Positions 30,006-40,768 of a stretch of DNA of 64,000 nt are shown here, piece after piece (within the stretch, counting starts at the first letter, position 1; each line of letters starts with the position of its first letter). The notes beneath the pieces were generated by a model. The model was not told the DNA's origin, did not search any database, and was given only the letters and a program-made list of their open reading frames with translations. This DNA is from a virus. Lineage: Duplodnaviria > Caudoviricetes. The DNA lies in IMG/VR virus record IMGVR_UViG_2568526700_000003, positions 5,222 to 69,221 of that record; one strand, 5' to 3'. The position numbers and the translations under genes were made by a program.

Positions 30006-33000
30006 ATGGCTGAGAACGCTGGCGGTATTTATTACGACATTGAAATGGATGTGCGCGGGCTACTTACCGCTCAGCAGCGCGTTAACCAGCGCCTTGATCT
30101 GATGGAACGGGGATTTGATAAAACATCACGCTCTATTGACACCACTGAGCGCTCTATGTCGAGCTTGTCCCGTGTTGCGGTTGCACTGACAGCAGCTCTT
30201 TCTGTCCAGCAGGTGGCTGAATATGCTGACGCATGGGCCACGGTTAATAACAAATTATCCAACTCTCTTCGGCCATCAGAGCAGTTAGCAGACGTAACCC
30301 AGCGAGTTTTTGATGTTACTCAGGCTACCAGAAGTAGTCTGGATGCAACTGCTACATTGTATGCTCGACTGGAAAGAGGGACGCGGCAGTACAATACATC
30401 AGCCGAAGATCTGGCAAAGCTCACCACAATAATTAACCAAGGTTTTGTCGTTTCCGGCGCTACAGCCCAGGAAGCAGAAAACGCAATCATCCAGTTGTCC
30501 CAAGGTATTGCCTCTGGTGTTCTGAGGGGGGAGGAATTCAACTCGGTAGCTGAGCAGGGTAGTCGCCTTATGGTTGCCTTGGCTGATTCTTTAGGTGTTG
30601 GTATTGGCGAGTTGAGGGCGATGGCGGCTCAAGGCAAGCTAACTACTGACGTAGTGGTTAAGGGTCTTTTATCTCAGGGATCGGTTATCGGAGCTGAGTT
30701 TGCTAACACAACCACGACTATCAGCCAGGCTCTTCAGGTTGCGGGCAATAACATCACTAAGTTTTTCGGCGAAAACTCTACCGTAAAAACCGGTGTGGCA
30801 ATTTTCAGTGATGCGGTCGTTACTATCAGTGAAAATATCGGCGGCCTGAGCGCTTTGCTGACAGGCGTCGCGGCTATTCTTGGGAGTCGGTATGTCGGCG
30901 CCTTAACTATGGCTACTGCGGCTAAAATCAAAGCAGCTGCCGCATCACGCACGCTTTCAGCAGAAGAATCATTAGCAGCTCAGGCTTCCGCGAATAAAGC
31001 AGCGGCAGACCTCAGGGCTGCAGCGGTCGCAAAACAACGGGCCTTAGATGAGATAAGGCTCGCAGAAATGATGCGCCTTACTGCTATCAGCGAAACCAAC
31101 GCTGCGGCAGCTGAACAGCGCTTGTCCGTTGCCAGGGTTGCGGCTGCCGGTGCGGTTGATAATTATAATCGAGCACTGGCGGCAAACAGGGCTGCTCAAA
31201 TGGCTCTCTCATCTGGTGCCAGCCTTGCTAGCAGGGCTCTCGGGTTAATTGGTGGGCCTGCCGGAGCGGCAATGCTTGCTGCTAGTGCAATCCTTTACTT
31301 TTCACAGCGCGCAAAAGAGGCCAGGAATGACGCTAATGCCCTTGCAGATAGCGTTAACGATCTGAGCTCAAAATTCCAGACGATGTCGCATACAGAGCTG
31401 GCGGCAACGATAGGAAAGCTAAGCCAAAGCCTGCCTGAATTAAGTGACGCGGTATCAGACGCACAAAAGGAATTCAATGACGCGACATCGGCTGTCCAGC
31501 GACAGCAGCGAGAAATTGCAAACTGGGGTACGAATACAACGAGAGGGCGGCAGGCTGCCGAGGCGCTTAGCGGCGCACAGGATAACCTAGCTATAGCTAC
31601 CCTTGAGCTGGAGAAGGCCCAGAACAGACTGAGTCAGACCCAAAACGCCATTAACATTGGCCGCGCTACGCTAAACGGAACGATGAAGCAAGGTATCGAT
31701 TTGCTGCGCAGGGATGGGCAGGAAGCGGGAATTGCTGCCGGCATGATGAGCAAGTTGGGAGATATGATTAATTTTGCGGCCAAGGCAAAAGACAAATTCA
31801 ACTCCAGCAGCCTCATGGTTGAACGCCCGAAAGATGTTCAGGAGTATCTGGATAAGCTACAGGATCAGGTAACACTTCAGAGCGAGCTTAATGACAGGAA
31901 GCGAGCGCAATTAAGGGCTGAGCAGGACATTAGGAAACTCGGTGGATCAGAGGCGGATGTTAACCTTGCTCGTGACAGAGCAGCAGCTGAATTCGATGCT
32001 CAACAAGCGCAGCAAAATAACAAAAAGGCCACCAAGGAAGCGGAATCTGAGGCTAAGAAACTTGCTAACCAGCAGGAATCGGTAAACCAAAAACTTGAAA
32101 ATCTGCGCCAGCAATCAGAGCTCGCTGCTGGCTCAACGCAGGAGTTAAGCCGGGAGCAGGCAGTATTACAGGCTCAGCAATCACTAGGTAAGGGAGCCAC
32201 CCAAGAGCAAATTGCTCTTGCCGGTAAATACCGTGGAGAAATATGGGATACGGCTAATGCCCTCAAAGCCCAGGCTGCGGCAGAAAAACTGCTCCCTGAA
32301 GCCAGAGAGAATGCGTCTTACCAGCAGGATGTTAAAGATCTGCAAACTGCACTGGCCGCCAAAAAAATCACTCAGCAGCAGTACAATCAGACCAGCGAAC
32401 AACTTGAGCAACAACACCAGGTTAATCTGGCTAAGATCCGTTCTCAGCAAGTGGTTAACCCGACACAGCAGGCTGCCGCCGAGGTTGATCCTGTTCAACG
32501 ACTGGCCAACCAGCACGCTCAGGAACTCGCGCTTATCCAGCAGTTTGAGCAGCAGGGTGTCTTGGCCCATCAAAATGCGCTGGCCCTCAAAAACGCAGCC
32601 GACACGCAGTACGAGCAGCAGAGGACCGCAGCTCAATGGGAAATCCTCAGCCAGCAGAGCCTCGGCTACAACATGTTGACGAGTGCAGTGGACGCATTCA
32701 GTGGTAATGCTTCCAATGCAATCACCGGCCTGCTAACCGGCACAATGTCAGCACAGGAGGCGATGCGGTCGCTCGGTAACACCATCCTGAACAGCGTGAT
32801 CAACAGCATTGTCCAGGTTGGTGTTGAGATGCTGAAGAACTTCATTCTGTCTCAGACACTCGGGGCGGCGACTCAGGCGGCAAATGCTGCATCGGCCATT
32901 GCCGGTGGCGCGGCTGCTCTTGCGGCATGGTCTCCTGCAGCTATCGCAGCATCCATTGCCACAGGTGGCACCGCATCAGCTACTGGCTTAACCGCCTATC

Positions 33001-33386
33001 AGGGAGCGCAGGCAGCAGGAAAGGCAATGTCCGTGCTCGGCGCTCGCTACAACGGCGGCCCGGTATCAGCTGGCGGCCTGTATCAGGTCGGCGAGAAAGG
33101 TAAGCCAGAGATTTACCAGGCCAGCACCGGCAAGCAGTACATGATCCCCGGCGATAACGGGAAGGTCATCAGCAATAAGGATATTAATGGCGGCCAGGTC
33201 CAGGTAAACATCCAGTTTTATGACCAGACCAGTGGCGGACAGCATTCATTCCACGCTCTGGCCAGCCAGGAAGGCGGTGTTGTGACAGTGGAAGCTTTTC
33301 TTACCGATGTTGATCGCAATGGGCCAATGTCCTCTGCAATTCAAAGCGCTTATGGCCTCGGAAGAAAAGCGCAAGGTGCTTACTAA
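30006..33386 (+). CDS. Tape measure protein
   Basis: About 1126 aa, Ala-rich; QLSQGIASGVLRGEEFNSV motif. Confidence 0.95.
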   Translation: MAENAGGIYYDIEMDVRGLLTAQQRVNQRLDLMERGFDKTSRSIDTTERSMSSLSRVAVALTAALSVQQVAEYADAWATVNNKLSNSLRPSEQLADVTQRVFDVTQATRSSLDATATLYARLERGTRQYNTSAEDLAKLTTIINQGFVVSGATAQEAENAIIQLSQGIASGVLRGEEFNSVAEQGSRLMVALADSLGVGIGELRAMAAQGKLTTDVVVKGLLSQGSVIGAEFANTTTTISQALQVAGNNITKFFGENSTVKTGVAIFSDAVVTISENIGGLSALLTGVAAILGSRYVGALTMATAAKIKAAAASRTLSAEESLAAQASANKAAADLRAAAVAKQRALDEIRLAEMMRLTAISETNAAAAEQRLSVARVAAAGAVDNYNRALAANRAAQMALSSGASLASRALGLIGGPAGAAMLAASAILYFSQRAKEARNDANALADSVNDLSSKFQTMSHTELAATIGKLSQSLPELSDAVSDAQKEFNDATSAVQRQQREIANWGTNTTRGRQAAEALSGAQDNLAIATLELEKAQNRLSQTQNAINIGRATLNGTMKQGIDLLRRDGQEAGIAAGMMSKLGDMINFAAKAKDKFNSSSLMVERPKDVQEYLDKLQDQVTLQSELNDRKRAQLRAEQDIRKLGGSEADVNLARDRAAAEFDAQQAQQNNKKATKEAESEAKKLANQQESVNQKLENLRQQSELAAGSTQELSREQAVLQAQQSLGKGATQEQIALAGKYRGEIWDTANALKAQAAAEKLLPEARENASYQQDVKDLQTALAAKKITQQQYNQTSEQLEQQHQVNLAKIRSQQVVNPTQQAAAEVDPVQRLANQHAQELALIQQFEQQGVLAHQNALALKNAADTQYEQQRTAAQWEILSQQSLGYNMLTSAVDAFSGNASNAITGLLTGTMSAQEAMRSLGNTILNSVINSIVQVGVEMLKNFILSQTLGAATQAANAASAIAGGAAALAAWSPAAIAASIATGGTASATGLTAYQGAQAAGKAMSVLGARYNGGPVSAGGLYQVGEKGKPEIYQASTGKQYMIPGDNGKVISNKDINGGQVQVNIQFYDQTSGGQHSFHALASQEGGVVTVEAFLTDVDRNGPMSSAIQSAYGLGRKAQGAY

Positions 33387-33428
33387 ACCAAACCCGCTCC
33401 GGCGGGTTTTTTAATGCCCGGAGGAAAC

Positions 33429-33905
33429 GTGGCAACTGTTCAATACCCTCCGTTCCTGCCGCTTCCCCAGCGCGCCGATCAGAACATGACGCAGGATACA
33501 GCCTGGCAGACGACGCAGACGGCGGTCGGCCCCCTGATAATCACGCCGATCACCACAGACCTTAAGGCGACATGGACGCTGCAGTGGATATTCACGCTTG
33601 CTCAGGCCGAGCGGTTTAAGTCGTGGCTGCGCTCGCCGACATACTGCGACCGCGGGCGTAACTGGTTCCAGATGCCGATCGACCTGGGTGATACGCAGGG
33701 AGTTCAGCAGCAGACGCTGCATTTCGTCGATATGCCGGTGCAGACCAGCAAAAACGGCAACATTGTCACCTGGGCGGCAACGGTTATCAGCAACGGTATC
33801 GAGGACATTACCGAGGACTACGACGACTGGATCGTTGAGGCCCAGCCTGGCTATGGATACTGGCTGGATTACCTGATAACCGAAGTAATGCCGAGGGCTG
33901 ACTAA
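33429..33905 (+). CDS. Distal tail / minor tail protein
   Basis: Directly follows TMP. Confidence 0.7.
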   Translation: MATVQYPPFLPLPQRADQNMTQDTAWQTTQTAVGPLIITPITTDLKATWTLQWIFTLAQAERFKSWLRSPTYCDRGRNWFQMPIDLGDTQGVQQQTLHFVDMPVQTSKNGNIVTWAATVISNGIEDITEDYDDWIVEAQPGYGYWLDYLITEVMPRAD

Positions 33906-34375
33906 TGCCGACATTGAGAGAGTGGAAGGAGCGCCGGCCGGCGAGCGACATCAAACAGACGGTGGAGTTTTATCACCCTGCTTTTGGTTATTACCGGGTG
34001 GTCAATAACCTGTTTCGCCCGGCGACGTTTGGCGGAAACTCGTTCGAGCCTGCGCGGTTCAGCGTGACCGAGCCGGCGCAGGACGGAACGGCAGTTATAT
34101 CCATGACGATAACCTTTGTTGCCGCGACGGAGCATGTTCGGCAGACACTGAAAAGCTGGCGCGGGGCGGCGCGCATGACGCCGATAAAGTGCCTGTATCA
34201 GCAGTGGAATGCGATCGGTGACACTACATCCCTGAAAGACTGGACGCTTTACGTGAACGACATTTCAGCCGATGCCAGCAACGTCACCGTGACCGCTGGC
34301 AAGACCAATCCGCTGACGCTGGCCAACTCCATCATTTACACCACGAAAGACTATCCCGGGCTGATCACCGTATGA
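33905..34375 (+). CDS. Minor tail protein (DUF1833/gpL-like)
   Basis: TVEFYHPAFG..YT..DYPGL; synteny. Confidence 0.65.
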   Translation: MPTLREWKERRPASDIKQTVEFYHPAFGYYRVVNNLFRPATFGGNSFEPARFSVTEPAQDGTAVISMTITFVAATEHVRQTLKSWRGAARMTPIKCLYQQWNAIGDTTSLKDWTLYVNDISADASNVTVTAGKTNPLTLANSIIYTTKDYPGLITV

Positions 34376-34767
34376 CACAGAGCGACTTTATCGGGTTTGT
34401 TAACGGCAAGCCCTGGGCTAATCGCGCCTGCAGTTTTGAGCAGATGGACTGCTGGGGCCTGGTGGTTCTCTATTACCGGCATGTGCTCGGCCTGGAGCTG
34501 CATCACATCGCCGGCTACGAATCGGGCGCGGATTTCATCACCTGCTACGAACAGGAGCGCGCCCACTGGAGGCGTGTGCCGGTGGCGGCCATCGGATGCA
34601 TCGCCGTTTTTTACCGCGGTGATGTGCCGGCACATATCGGTGTGATGATCAGCTCGGTTAAGTGCCTGCATGCCCGCGGGGAATTTGGTTTCGTGCGCTG
34701 CGATAGCCCGCTGGCATTACTGAAGGTTTACAGCAAAGTGGAGTACATGGTGCATGGTGCGATATGA
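34372..34767 (+). CDS. NlpC/P60 tail tip assembly protein
   Basis: MDCWGLV and HIGV catalytic motifs. Confidence 0.85.
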   Translation: MTQSDFIGFVNGKPWANRACSFEQMDCWGLVVLYYRHVLGLELHHIAGYESGADFITCYEQERAHWRRVPVAAIGCIAVFYRGDVPAHIGVMISSVKCLHARGEFGFVRCDSPLALLKVYSKVEYMVHGAI

Positions 34768-37231
34768 GTTACAGAGGCTGCCTGGCGCGCCGCTGCAGCG
34801 GGGAACGGTAGATGCCGGCACCACACTGGTGAGTCTGCTGGATTCCCTGCAGCTGCACCGCGATGTTATCGTGAAACTGAATGGCCGAGCGCTGCCTGAC
34901 GATTACGATATCAGCCTGCCACTGCGATCTGGTGACGTCGTGGCTGTGTTCGACCAGCCAGAGGGCGGGGTAGGCAAACTCATCACCACGATATTGCGTC
35001 CGGTCACGAAAATCCTCTCCGGCGCGCTGAAGGTGTTCGGCCTGTCAAATAAGCCCAGCGCGTCAGTATCGGTGGCGACAGGCGAATCCCCCAATAATGA
35101 CCTGACAGGCCAGACGAACCGCGCGCGACTCTACAAGGGGCGCCCGAACATTTACGGCCAGTGCCGCGTCTTTCCTGACCTGATTCAGGAGGCGCTGTTC
35201 GAGTTTGTCGACAATAACAAACAGCTTACGGAGTGGTTCGAGGTAGGTTATGGCCGGTACACCATTTCCTCGATCCGCTACTCGGAATCGAACCTCGGCA
35301 GCCTGGCGGGAGCCAGTTCTGCGATTTATAACCCGGGTGACGTGATCGGCACGATTGAAGTCGGCTATCAGTTCGATGACGTCGATAACGAGACAGTCCC
35401 CGGCCTGAACGAAAGCCAGGACTTCCCGGCCCAGACAGCTACCACGACGGCGCCGACATCAGTGGCGATAGAGAGTAATCAGCTCAAAGCCATTGTGCTG
35501 TCGAACGATGATAACTTTGCCTACTTTGCGGCGCTGGCGGTACCTCATCCCGTGTCATTCGTCATTAACGCTACCTGGAACGACGGCGGAACAAGCGTCA
35601 CACGCAACGTCACCGGTGCCGGGAACATCATCTCCTCGGAGAGCTTTATCGGCGACGATACGCTGTCGTACACGACGTTCTATATTGGCGAGCTCTCCGG
35701 AGAGATTACGTCTTTTCCGGGCAATGCGGTCATCAACCCGACGCTGTTCACGCTGAATGACCAGACACCCCTTGTTATCGGGCCGTCAGTGTCGCCGATC
35801 GTCTCGACGCAGGTCTGGGTGCATGTGTTGGTTCAGCTCGGCGCGACGGCCGGCACAACGCAATACCGGATCAAGTTCTGGCAGGTCGATGACGACAACA
35901 ATCAGGTGCCTGGTACGTCGGAGCAGCACGATTATTTCTTCGATAACGACTTCCAGGTAACGACCCGGTATTTCCGCACAACGCATAAGTTTGTCCCGGC
36001 TGCCGGGGCGGGGCGCTATGCGGTCACCATCGAGCGCCTCGATAACAGCAATGACGCCAACGTCGTGACACTGATGGCGATCCACGCGGTGAACGTACGC
36101 GAAAACGTCGTGCATCCGGAAGACACGATTGCCCGCATCACGATCAAAGGATCGAATGACAGCAACAGCAACCGCGAGCAGAAGTACAACATGCTGGCGC
36201 AGCGGCATACCATCAGCTACGACCGGACAACCGGCGCGGTCGATTATACGCTGCGGCCGAGTCGCTCGTTTGCCGACGCCATCCTTCACGAATGGGTGGT
36301 TGTGGGTAAGCAGGACGTGGCCAGCATTGACGTCGCCGCTCTTTATGCCATTGCCGATTCGCTGCCGGATGCCCAGCTAGGATATTTCGATTACACCTTC
36401 TCGGATGAGAAGCAGCCTCTTGGTGAGCGCATAGCGACGATCGCCAATGTGGCCCGCGTAGACGGCAACAATATCGGCGATGTGCTGACGTTCTGGCGTG
36501 ATGAGAAAGTGACAAATCCGGATGCGGTTTTTGCGCGCTCAAACATGTTCTGGGATGAGTACAAAGTGGCATGGCAAATGTCTCTACCCGGCGGTTACGA
36601 CGGCGTGGCGCTGGACTATGTCGACCCCCTGACGAACAAGAAGGCGTACATCTACCTGCAGATCGACAGCAGCGGCATCACTGAGGTTGAGGATGCCACT
36701 GTTAACGCGATGCAGATCAGCCTGGACGGTTGCCGAAACGCCACTCAGGCAACCGATAGAGCCTGGCTTGAGGCGAGGAAAATCCTCTACTCGCGCCTGA
36801 CCATGACGGTGAAAGTACTGGACGAAACGCAAGTTGTGCGCGGTACGGTGGTTCAGTGTCCGGACATGTACGACAACGCGCAGCAGACCGGCTACATCAC
36901 AGGGAGATCCGGTGACGTATTTTCGACGTCAGAGCGTATCGACTTCTCACTCGGGGATATGTGGGTGGTGATGACCGACAGCCTCGGCAATTACCGCGGG
37001 CGCTGGCGAGCCTATCCGGTAAGCGGCAAGCCCAAAGCATTCCAGGCTGCAGCCGATACCTTCGATCTGAACATTTATGACCGTGAAAATGTGCAAAACC
37101 CCAGCCGGTATTTCATCGCTACCGACTCGGAACTGAACTCCACAATCTGGCGCGTCGATAGCGCCAAACCCAACGGTGACGATACTCAAACGCTTTCCCT
37201 GACTGAGTATTCAGACTCGATTTACCCATAA
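34754..37231 (+). CDS. Central tail tip / host specificity protein (TipJ-like)
   Basis: Ubiquitin-like N-terminus; NRAR..PNIYG..VFPDL; 825 aa. Confidence 0.85.
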   Translation: MVRYELQRLPGAPLQRGTVDAGTTLVSLLDSLQLHRDVIVKLNGRALPDDYDISLPLRSGDVVAVFDQPEGGVGKLITTILRPVTKILSGALKVFGLSNKPSASVSVATGESPNNDLTGQTNRARLYKGRPNIYGQCRVFPDLIQEALFEFVDNNKQLTEWFEVGYGRYTISSIRYSESNLGSLAGASSAIYNPGDVIGTIEVGYQFDDVDNETVPGLNESQDFPAQTATTTAPTSVAIESNQLKAIVLSNDDNFAYFAALAVPHPVSFVINATWNDGGTSVTRNVTGAGNIISSESFIGDDTLSYTTFYIGELSGEITSFPGNAVINPTLFTLNDQTPLVIGPSVSPIVSTQVWVHVLVQLGATAGTTQYRIKFWQVDDDNNQVPGTSEQHDYFFDNDFQVTTRYFRTTHKFVPAAGAGRYAVTIERLDNSNDANVVTLMAIHAVNVRENVVHPEDTIARITIKGSNDSNSNREQKYNMLAQRHTISYDRTTGAVDYTLRPSRSFADAILHEWVVVGKQDVASIDVAALYAIADSLPDAQLGYFDYTFSDEKQPLGERIATIANVARVDGNNIGDVLTFWRDEKVTNPDAVFARSNMFWDEYKVAWQMSLPGGYDGVALDYVDPLTNKKAYIYLQIDSSGITEVEDATVNAMQISLDGCRNATQATDRAWLEARKILYSRLTMTVKVLDETQVVRGTVVQCPDMYDNAQQTGYITGRSGDVFSTSERIDFSLGDMWVVMTDSLGNYRGRWRAYPVSGKPKAFQAAADTFDLNIYDRENVQNPSRYFIATDSELNSTIWRVDSAKPNGDDTQTLSLTEYSDSIYP

Positions 37232-37303
37232 TCAACTTTCGCGCACACCATCGGATTAATACTCTGATGACTTCGTGCGCCTTTTATATAGGGCGACAAG
37301 CAC

Positions 37304-39481
37304 ATGGCAGAATTACCAACGCCAACGCAAAAGACGGTACCGAGTGATGATATACGGGACCACGTTTATGCGGGCGGAATGCTGGATAAGGTTGTTACCA
37401 GCACAGAGTTGAAGTATACCGATCGTCTCGGCGGCGAGCACTACACCGTAGACGGCATGAAGGCTGAAGGAGACAAGGTTGTCGAAGAAACCCGGCAGAA
37501 CCTGATCCCTCTCAGTCGCCAGTATATGACACTGGCGGCAGCGCAGGCGGACATCGCGAATATTCCAGAAGGCAGCAGCACCTATGTGCGTAGCCCGGAC
37601 AGCAGCGCGCTGGCTGACGAGTACATGAATGTGGCTGGGACGCTGACAGCAACCGGGCGTAGAATGCCTTCTCAAGCGGCCATCCAGGCAGTTCTTGACT
37701 ATATCTCATCTCTCATTGCTACTGATGATGCTGATTCTCCTTTACTGACACTTAATGATGAGGCGGGGTTTCGTCTGGCGGCATTCGGCCTGAATGCAAT
37801 TCAGAGCAATGCGATGACGGCTGAGTATGATGAGTTTATTGATGGTTTTGTGTTCCGGGATAGCGTCGGATTCGTTATTCAGCAAATAGGGACTCCTCTG
37901 CTCAGCTCTGTTGACAGTGTTCAGCCTGTCGTTGAGCAGCAGCGATTGGTGACTGAGGCATTCAGTGCTGAGTCTGACGCGGATATTTCTGGTTTTGTAT
38001 TTCGCGACAGTGTGGGATTTGTCCTGATGAATCTCAATGGTGAGCAAAGCAATCAGAATAACGATGGGGTAGATGACATTTCACGCAGAAATGCAGCAAA
38101 TCTTGCCGCTGCTGCTGCCGCACGAGACGAAATTAATACGCGTATTGCTCGGCCGGTTTACGATTACAATATTCTGATCACAGACGGCCAGTCGCTGAGT
38201 AACGGGACTGAGGGATGGGCAGCACTGAGCAAGGACATTCGCGCTACTCTGAACATTAATATGCTCGGTGACTCCGTCCGGCCAAAAAATGAGAATGGTT
38301 CAACATTTACGCCGTTGAACGGAGCTGTAATCAGATCAGCCCGTGCGGTGGTGCAGGATTTAATCGCCCCTCCTGACGGCGGAAACCTTATGACCGATGA
38401 GGCTGTGGCCGCGCTGCCGCGTGGCGCTAACAATTTCGGTGAAACCGTCGATATCGGCGCGATGTGGATGTGGCGGGAAATGCAGTTACAGTTCCGGGGA
38501 GTGGCAACGGATGAGCGCAAAATTGTGGCCGTTAACTGCGGGGTCGGCGGACAGATTATTGAGCGTCTGTCAAAGGAGCACTCCTGGGGATTCTACAACC
38601 GAATCATTTCAGCCGTTACCCAGATTAAAGCTATTGCTGACGCCGAAGGGAAAACCTGCGGCGTGGTTGGTTTTTTATATCTTGGCAATGAATATAACTA
38701 TGACAGCACAAAAGGAGGGGCGACAGACCGCGCAGAATACAGAGCACTCCTGAGAAAGCTCATTGATGATGTCATTACCGATACTACCGCTATCACCGGG
38801 CAGACAGAGCCCCCCCTGACTGTGCTGTATCAGACCAGCGGCAGCTGGACGCGCGACAGCACGAATATGAGCATTGGCGAGGCTCAGCTCGATATCTGTG
38901 CAGCAGATGCAAACGTCATGATGGCAGCACCGGCGTATGCCGTCACCGACAAAGGCGGACATCTCGACGCGAATGGCTACCGCTGGCTGGGTATGCAGTT
39001 CGGGAAAACGCTGCATCGCGCGATTGACCGTCGCCAGAACTGGCGTCCACTGCAACCCCTGTCAGTCACGCTGAGCGGAACACTCCTGCGTGCTGATTTC
39101 CTGGTGTGGAGTCCGCCACTTCAGTTCCGGTCGTGCTACGTGGGGTCATCTCCGACAACGTATGCCGCAAAAGGATTCAGAGTTACTGACGACGCCGGGG
39201 ACGTTCCGGTGACGCGTGTCGACATTGTAGCCGATACCGTAGTTGATATTACGCTGGGGCGTGAAACGACCGGCGATGTTTATCTATGGTACGCCAGCCA
39301 GACCGGAAGTAACGGTAACGGAAATCTGTTTGACAGCGACACAACTGTCGCTGTTGCGAATTACGAATTTCATGAAGGGACGGGGCAATATCCGGAATCA
39401 AATATTCCAGAGCTGGTAAACCGTCCATACCCACTGAATAACCCCTGTGTGGCATTTCGTCGCCAGGCAATCGCTATTTAA
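37304..39481 (+). CDS. Receptor-binding tail fibre/spike with SGNH-type esterase domain
   Basis: N-terminal virion anchor; DGQSLS, GVGG, GNE and DxxxH (DKGGHL..NGY) blocks. Confidence 0.8.
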   Translation: MAELPTPTQKTVPSDDIRDHVYAGGMLDKVVTSTELKYTDRLGGEHYTVDGMKAEGDKVVEETRQNLIPLSRQYMTLAAAQADIANIPEGSSTYVRSPDSSALADEYMNVAGTLTATGRRMPSQAAIQAVLDYISSLIATDDADSPLLTLNDEAGFRLAAFGLNAIQSNAMTAEYDEFIDGFVFRDSVGFVIQQIGTPLLSSVDSVQPVVEQQRLVTEAFSAESDADISGFVFRDSVGFVLMNLNGEQSNQNNDGVDDISRRNAANLAAAAAARDEINTRIARPVYDYNILITDGQSLSNGTEGWAALSKDIRATLNINMLGDSVRPKNENGSTFTPLNGAVIRSARAVVQDLIAPPDGGNLMTDEAVAALPRGANNFGETVDIGAMWMWREMQLQFRGVATDERKIVAVNCGVGGQIIERLSKEHSWGFYNRIISAVTQIKAIADAEGKTCGVVGFLYLGNEYNYDSTKGGATDRAEYRALLRKLIDDVITDTTAITGQTEPPLTVLYQTSGSWTRDSTNMSIGEAQLDICAADANVMMAAPAYAVTDKGGHLDANGYRWLGMQFGKTLHRAIDRRQNWRPLQPLSVTLSGTLLRADFLVWSPPLQFRSCYVGSSPTTYAAKGFRVTDDAGDVPVTRVDIVADTVVDITLGRETTGDVYLWYASQTGSNGNGNLFDSDTTVAVANYEFHEGTGQYPESNIPELVNRPYPLNNPCVAFRRQAIAI

Positions 39482-39493
39482 GGAAAACAAATT

Positions 39494-40228
39494 ATGGGTT
39501 CGCGTATTATTGTTCCGGGTTATTTTGGTGATAAAGGCCTGGGTTTTGACCCGCTCGTTCGCCGTGGCCTGAAATATTTGAATTTTTATGGAGAGGCAGA
39601 TAAAACTGGTCGGAATCTCGCACCGGATGGGGTAGCTGCAACGGTACTGGGTTCGCCTGTTGTGCAGGAAAATGGCGTCCAGTTTACGCCTGCAGGCACA
39701 TTGCTTGATACGGGTATTCTTCAGCCTCTGGACTTTACTTTTTTCACAATCTTCAACTGTCCGACCCTTTCACAGATTCTGCTGCTCAGCAATTTTAACG
39801 GGCCCCGGCAATCTGGCTCAGGAACCACGCAGGGCGTAGTGCTCAGGACGCAGCCCGGATCTACCAGCATGACCCTGAACTTTTCGGTAAACACTCTCAA
39901 CGGTAGCGCGTCGACGCAGCGTACAGTCGCGCTCGGTGGGTTGCTGGCAAACACAAACTATTTAGTGTGCGCACGTTTTAAATCGGGACAAAAAATGGAC
40001 TTTCAAATACTGAACAAAGCTCTGTCAGCAGAGAAAACAACAGATATGGGCGACCCGGCGGATTTGGGGGCCAAGTTACGCATAGGTGGTAGTTACCAAA
40101 TTGACCTGACAAACGCAGGGATTCACAGAATGTCAGCACTACACAACGTTGCGCTAACTGATGATGAAATTACGAAAGCCGGTGCGCAATGGACTGCGTG
40201 GGCTAATGCTGTAGGTGTTCCGCTCTAG
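39494..40228 (+). CDS. Accessory tail protein, LamG/ConA-like beta fold
   Basis: FTFFTIF, LRIGG and ALTDDEI motifs; follows the RBP gene. Confidence 0.6.
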   Translation: MGSRIIVPGYFGDKGLGFDPLVRRGLKYLNFYGEADKTGRNLAPDGVAATVLGSPVVQENGVQFTPAGTLLDTGILQPLDFTFFTIFNCPTLSQILLLSNFNGPRQSGSGTTQGVVLRTQPGSTSMTLNFSVNTLNGSASTQRTVALGGLLANTNYLVCARFKSGQKMDFQILNKALSAEKTTDMGDPADLGAKLRIGGSYQIDLTNAGIHRMSALHNVALTDDEITKAGAQWTAWANAVGVPL

Positions 40229-40254
40229 GGCTTCTGCGGATTGATAGGGAAAAT

Positions 40255-40391
40255 CTGCATTTCTGAGAGGAAAGTCACTGATAACCGAAGACGGCGAAGC
40301 GATCGAGGGAGACGCTCTCGACGATGTCACTGTCATCGGTGTCGTGACGTTTACTATCTGCGATGTGCGCCAGGACAGCGCGGTTGTTTAG
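40255..40391 (+). pseudogene. 3' remnant of a prophage-end S24/UmuD-like small gene
   Basis: Frame GKSLITEDGEAIEGDALDDVTVIGVVTFTI..* with no start codon. Confidence 0.5.
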
Positions 40392-40558
40392 TTGCTGCCG
40401 ATAGGGGAAAGAGCTCGTAGCCGCTGTGTCGTAGATGTGGCGTGACAGGAATGCACGATAAAGACATGGATGTATTCAAACGACACGAAACGACACAAAA
40501 CCGGATGCGAACGCGGAAAACATGTGTGATTACAGTGTGTTATTTAACGCTCTACTTT

Positions 40559-40603
40559 CTTCTAAGCCGTAGGTCACAGGTTCGAATCCTGTAGGGCGTG
40601 CCA
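40559..40603 (+). other. argU: attR: 3' 45 bp of tRNA-Arg(UCU), not a full tRNA
   Basis: CTTCTAAGCCGTAGGTCACAGGTTCGAATCCTGTAGGGCGTGCCA = anticodon loop, T arm and CCA; 5' half absent. Confidence 0.9.
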
Positions 40604-40716
40604 TACTCACTTCTCTTAACGTCTCCTGAAGTCTACTCAACCCAGCATTTACGCGGCATTCTCCAATATTTCATTATCTCAACGTCTACTATGGTCTATT
40701 GAAATCCACATTCATG

Positions 40717-40768
40717 TGGGGGTACATTTGGGGGTAGATTCCTGTTCAATGAAAAGAGATACCCCCAA
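40717..40768. promoter_or_regulatory. Integrase arm-type/autoregulatory repeats
   Basis: TGGGGGTA twice in direct orientation plus inverted TACCCCCA just before int. Confidence 0.65.

Larger units (their letters stand above)
1..40603. mobile_element. Lambdoid siphovirus prophage, right portion; left end and integrase lie outside the window; integrated at tRNA-Arg(UCU)
   Basis: Canonical gene order exo-bet-kil-cI-cro-cII-O-helicase-nin-Q-lysis-terminase-head-tail, ending at a tRNA 3' duplication. Confidence 0.95.

Noticed and set aside
37840-38025. DGR-like template/variable repeat in the RBP (GFVFRDSVGFV twice)
   Set aside because: Differences are mostly synonymous, not adenine-specific, and no reverse transcriptase is present
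40559-40603. Functional tRNA gene
   Set aside because: Lacks the 5' acceptor strand and D arm; it is an att duplication
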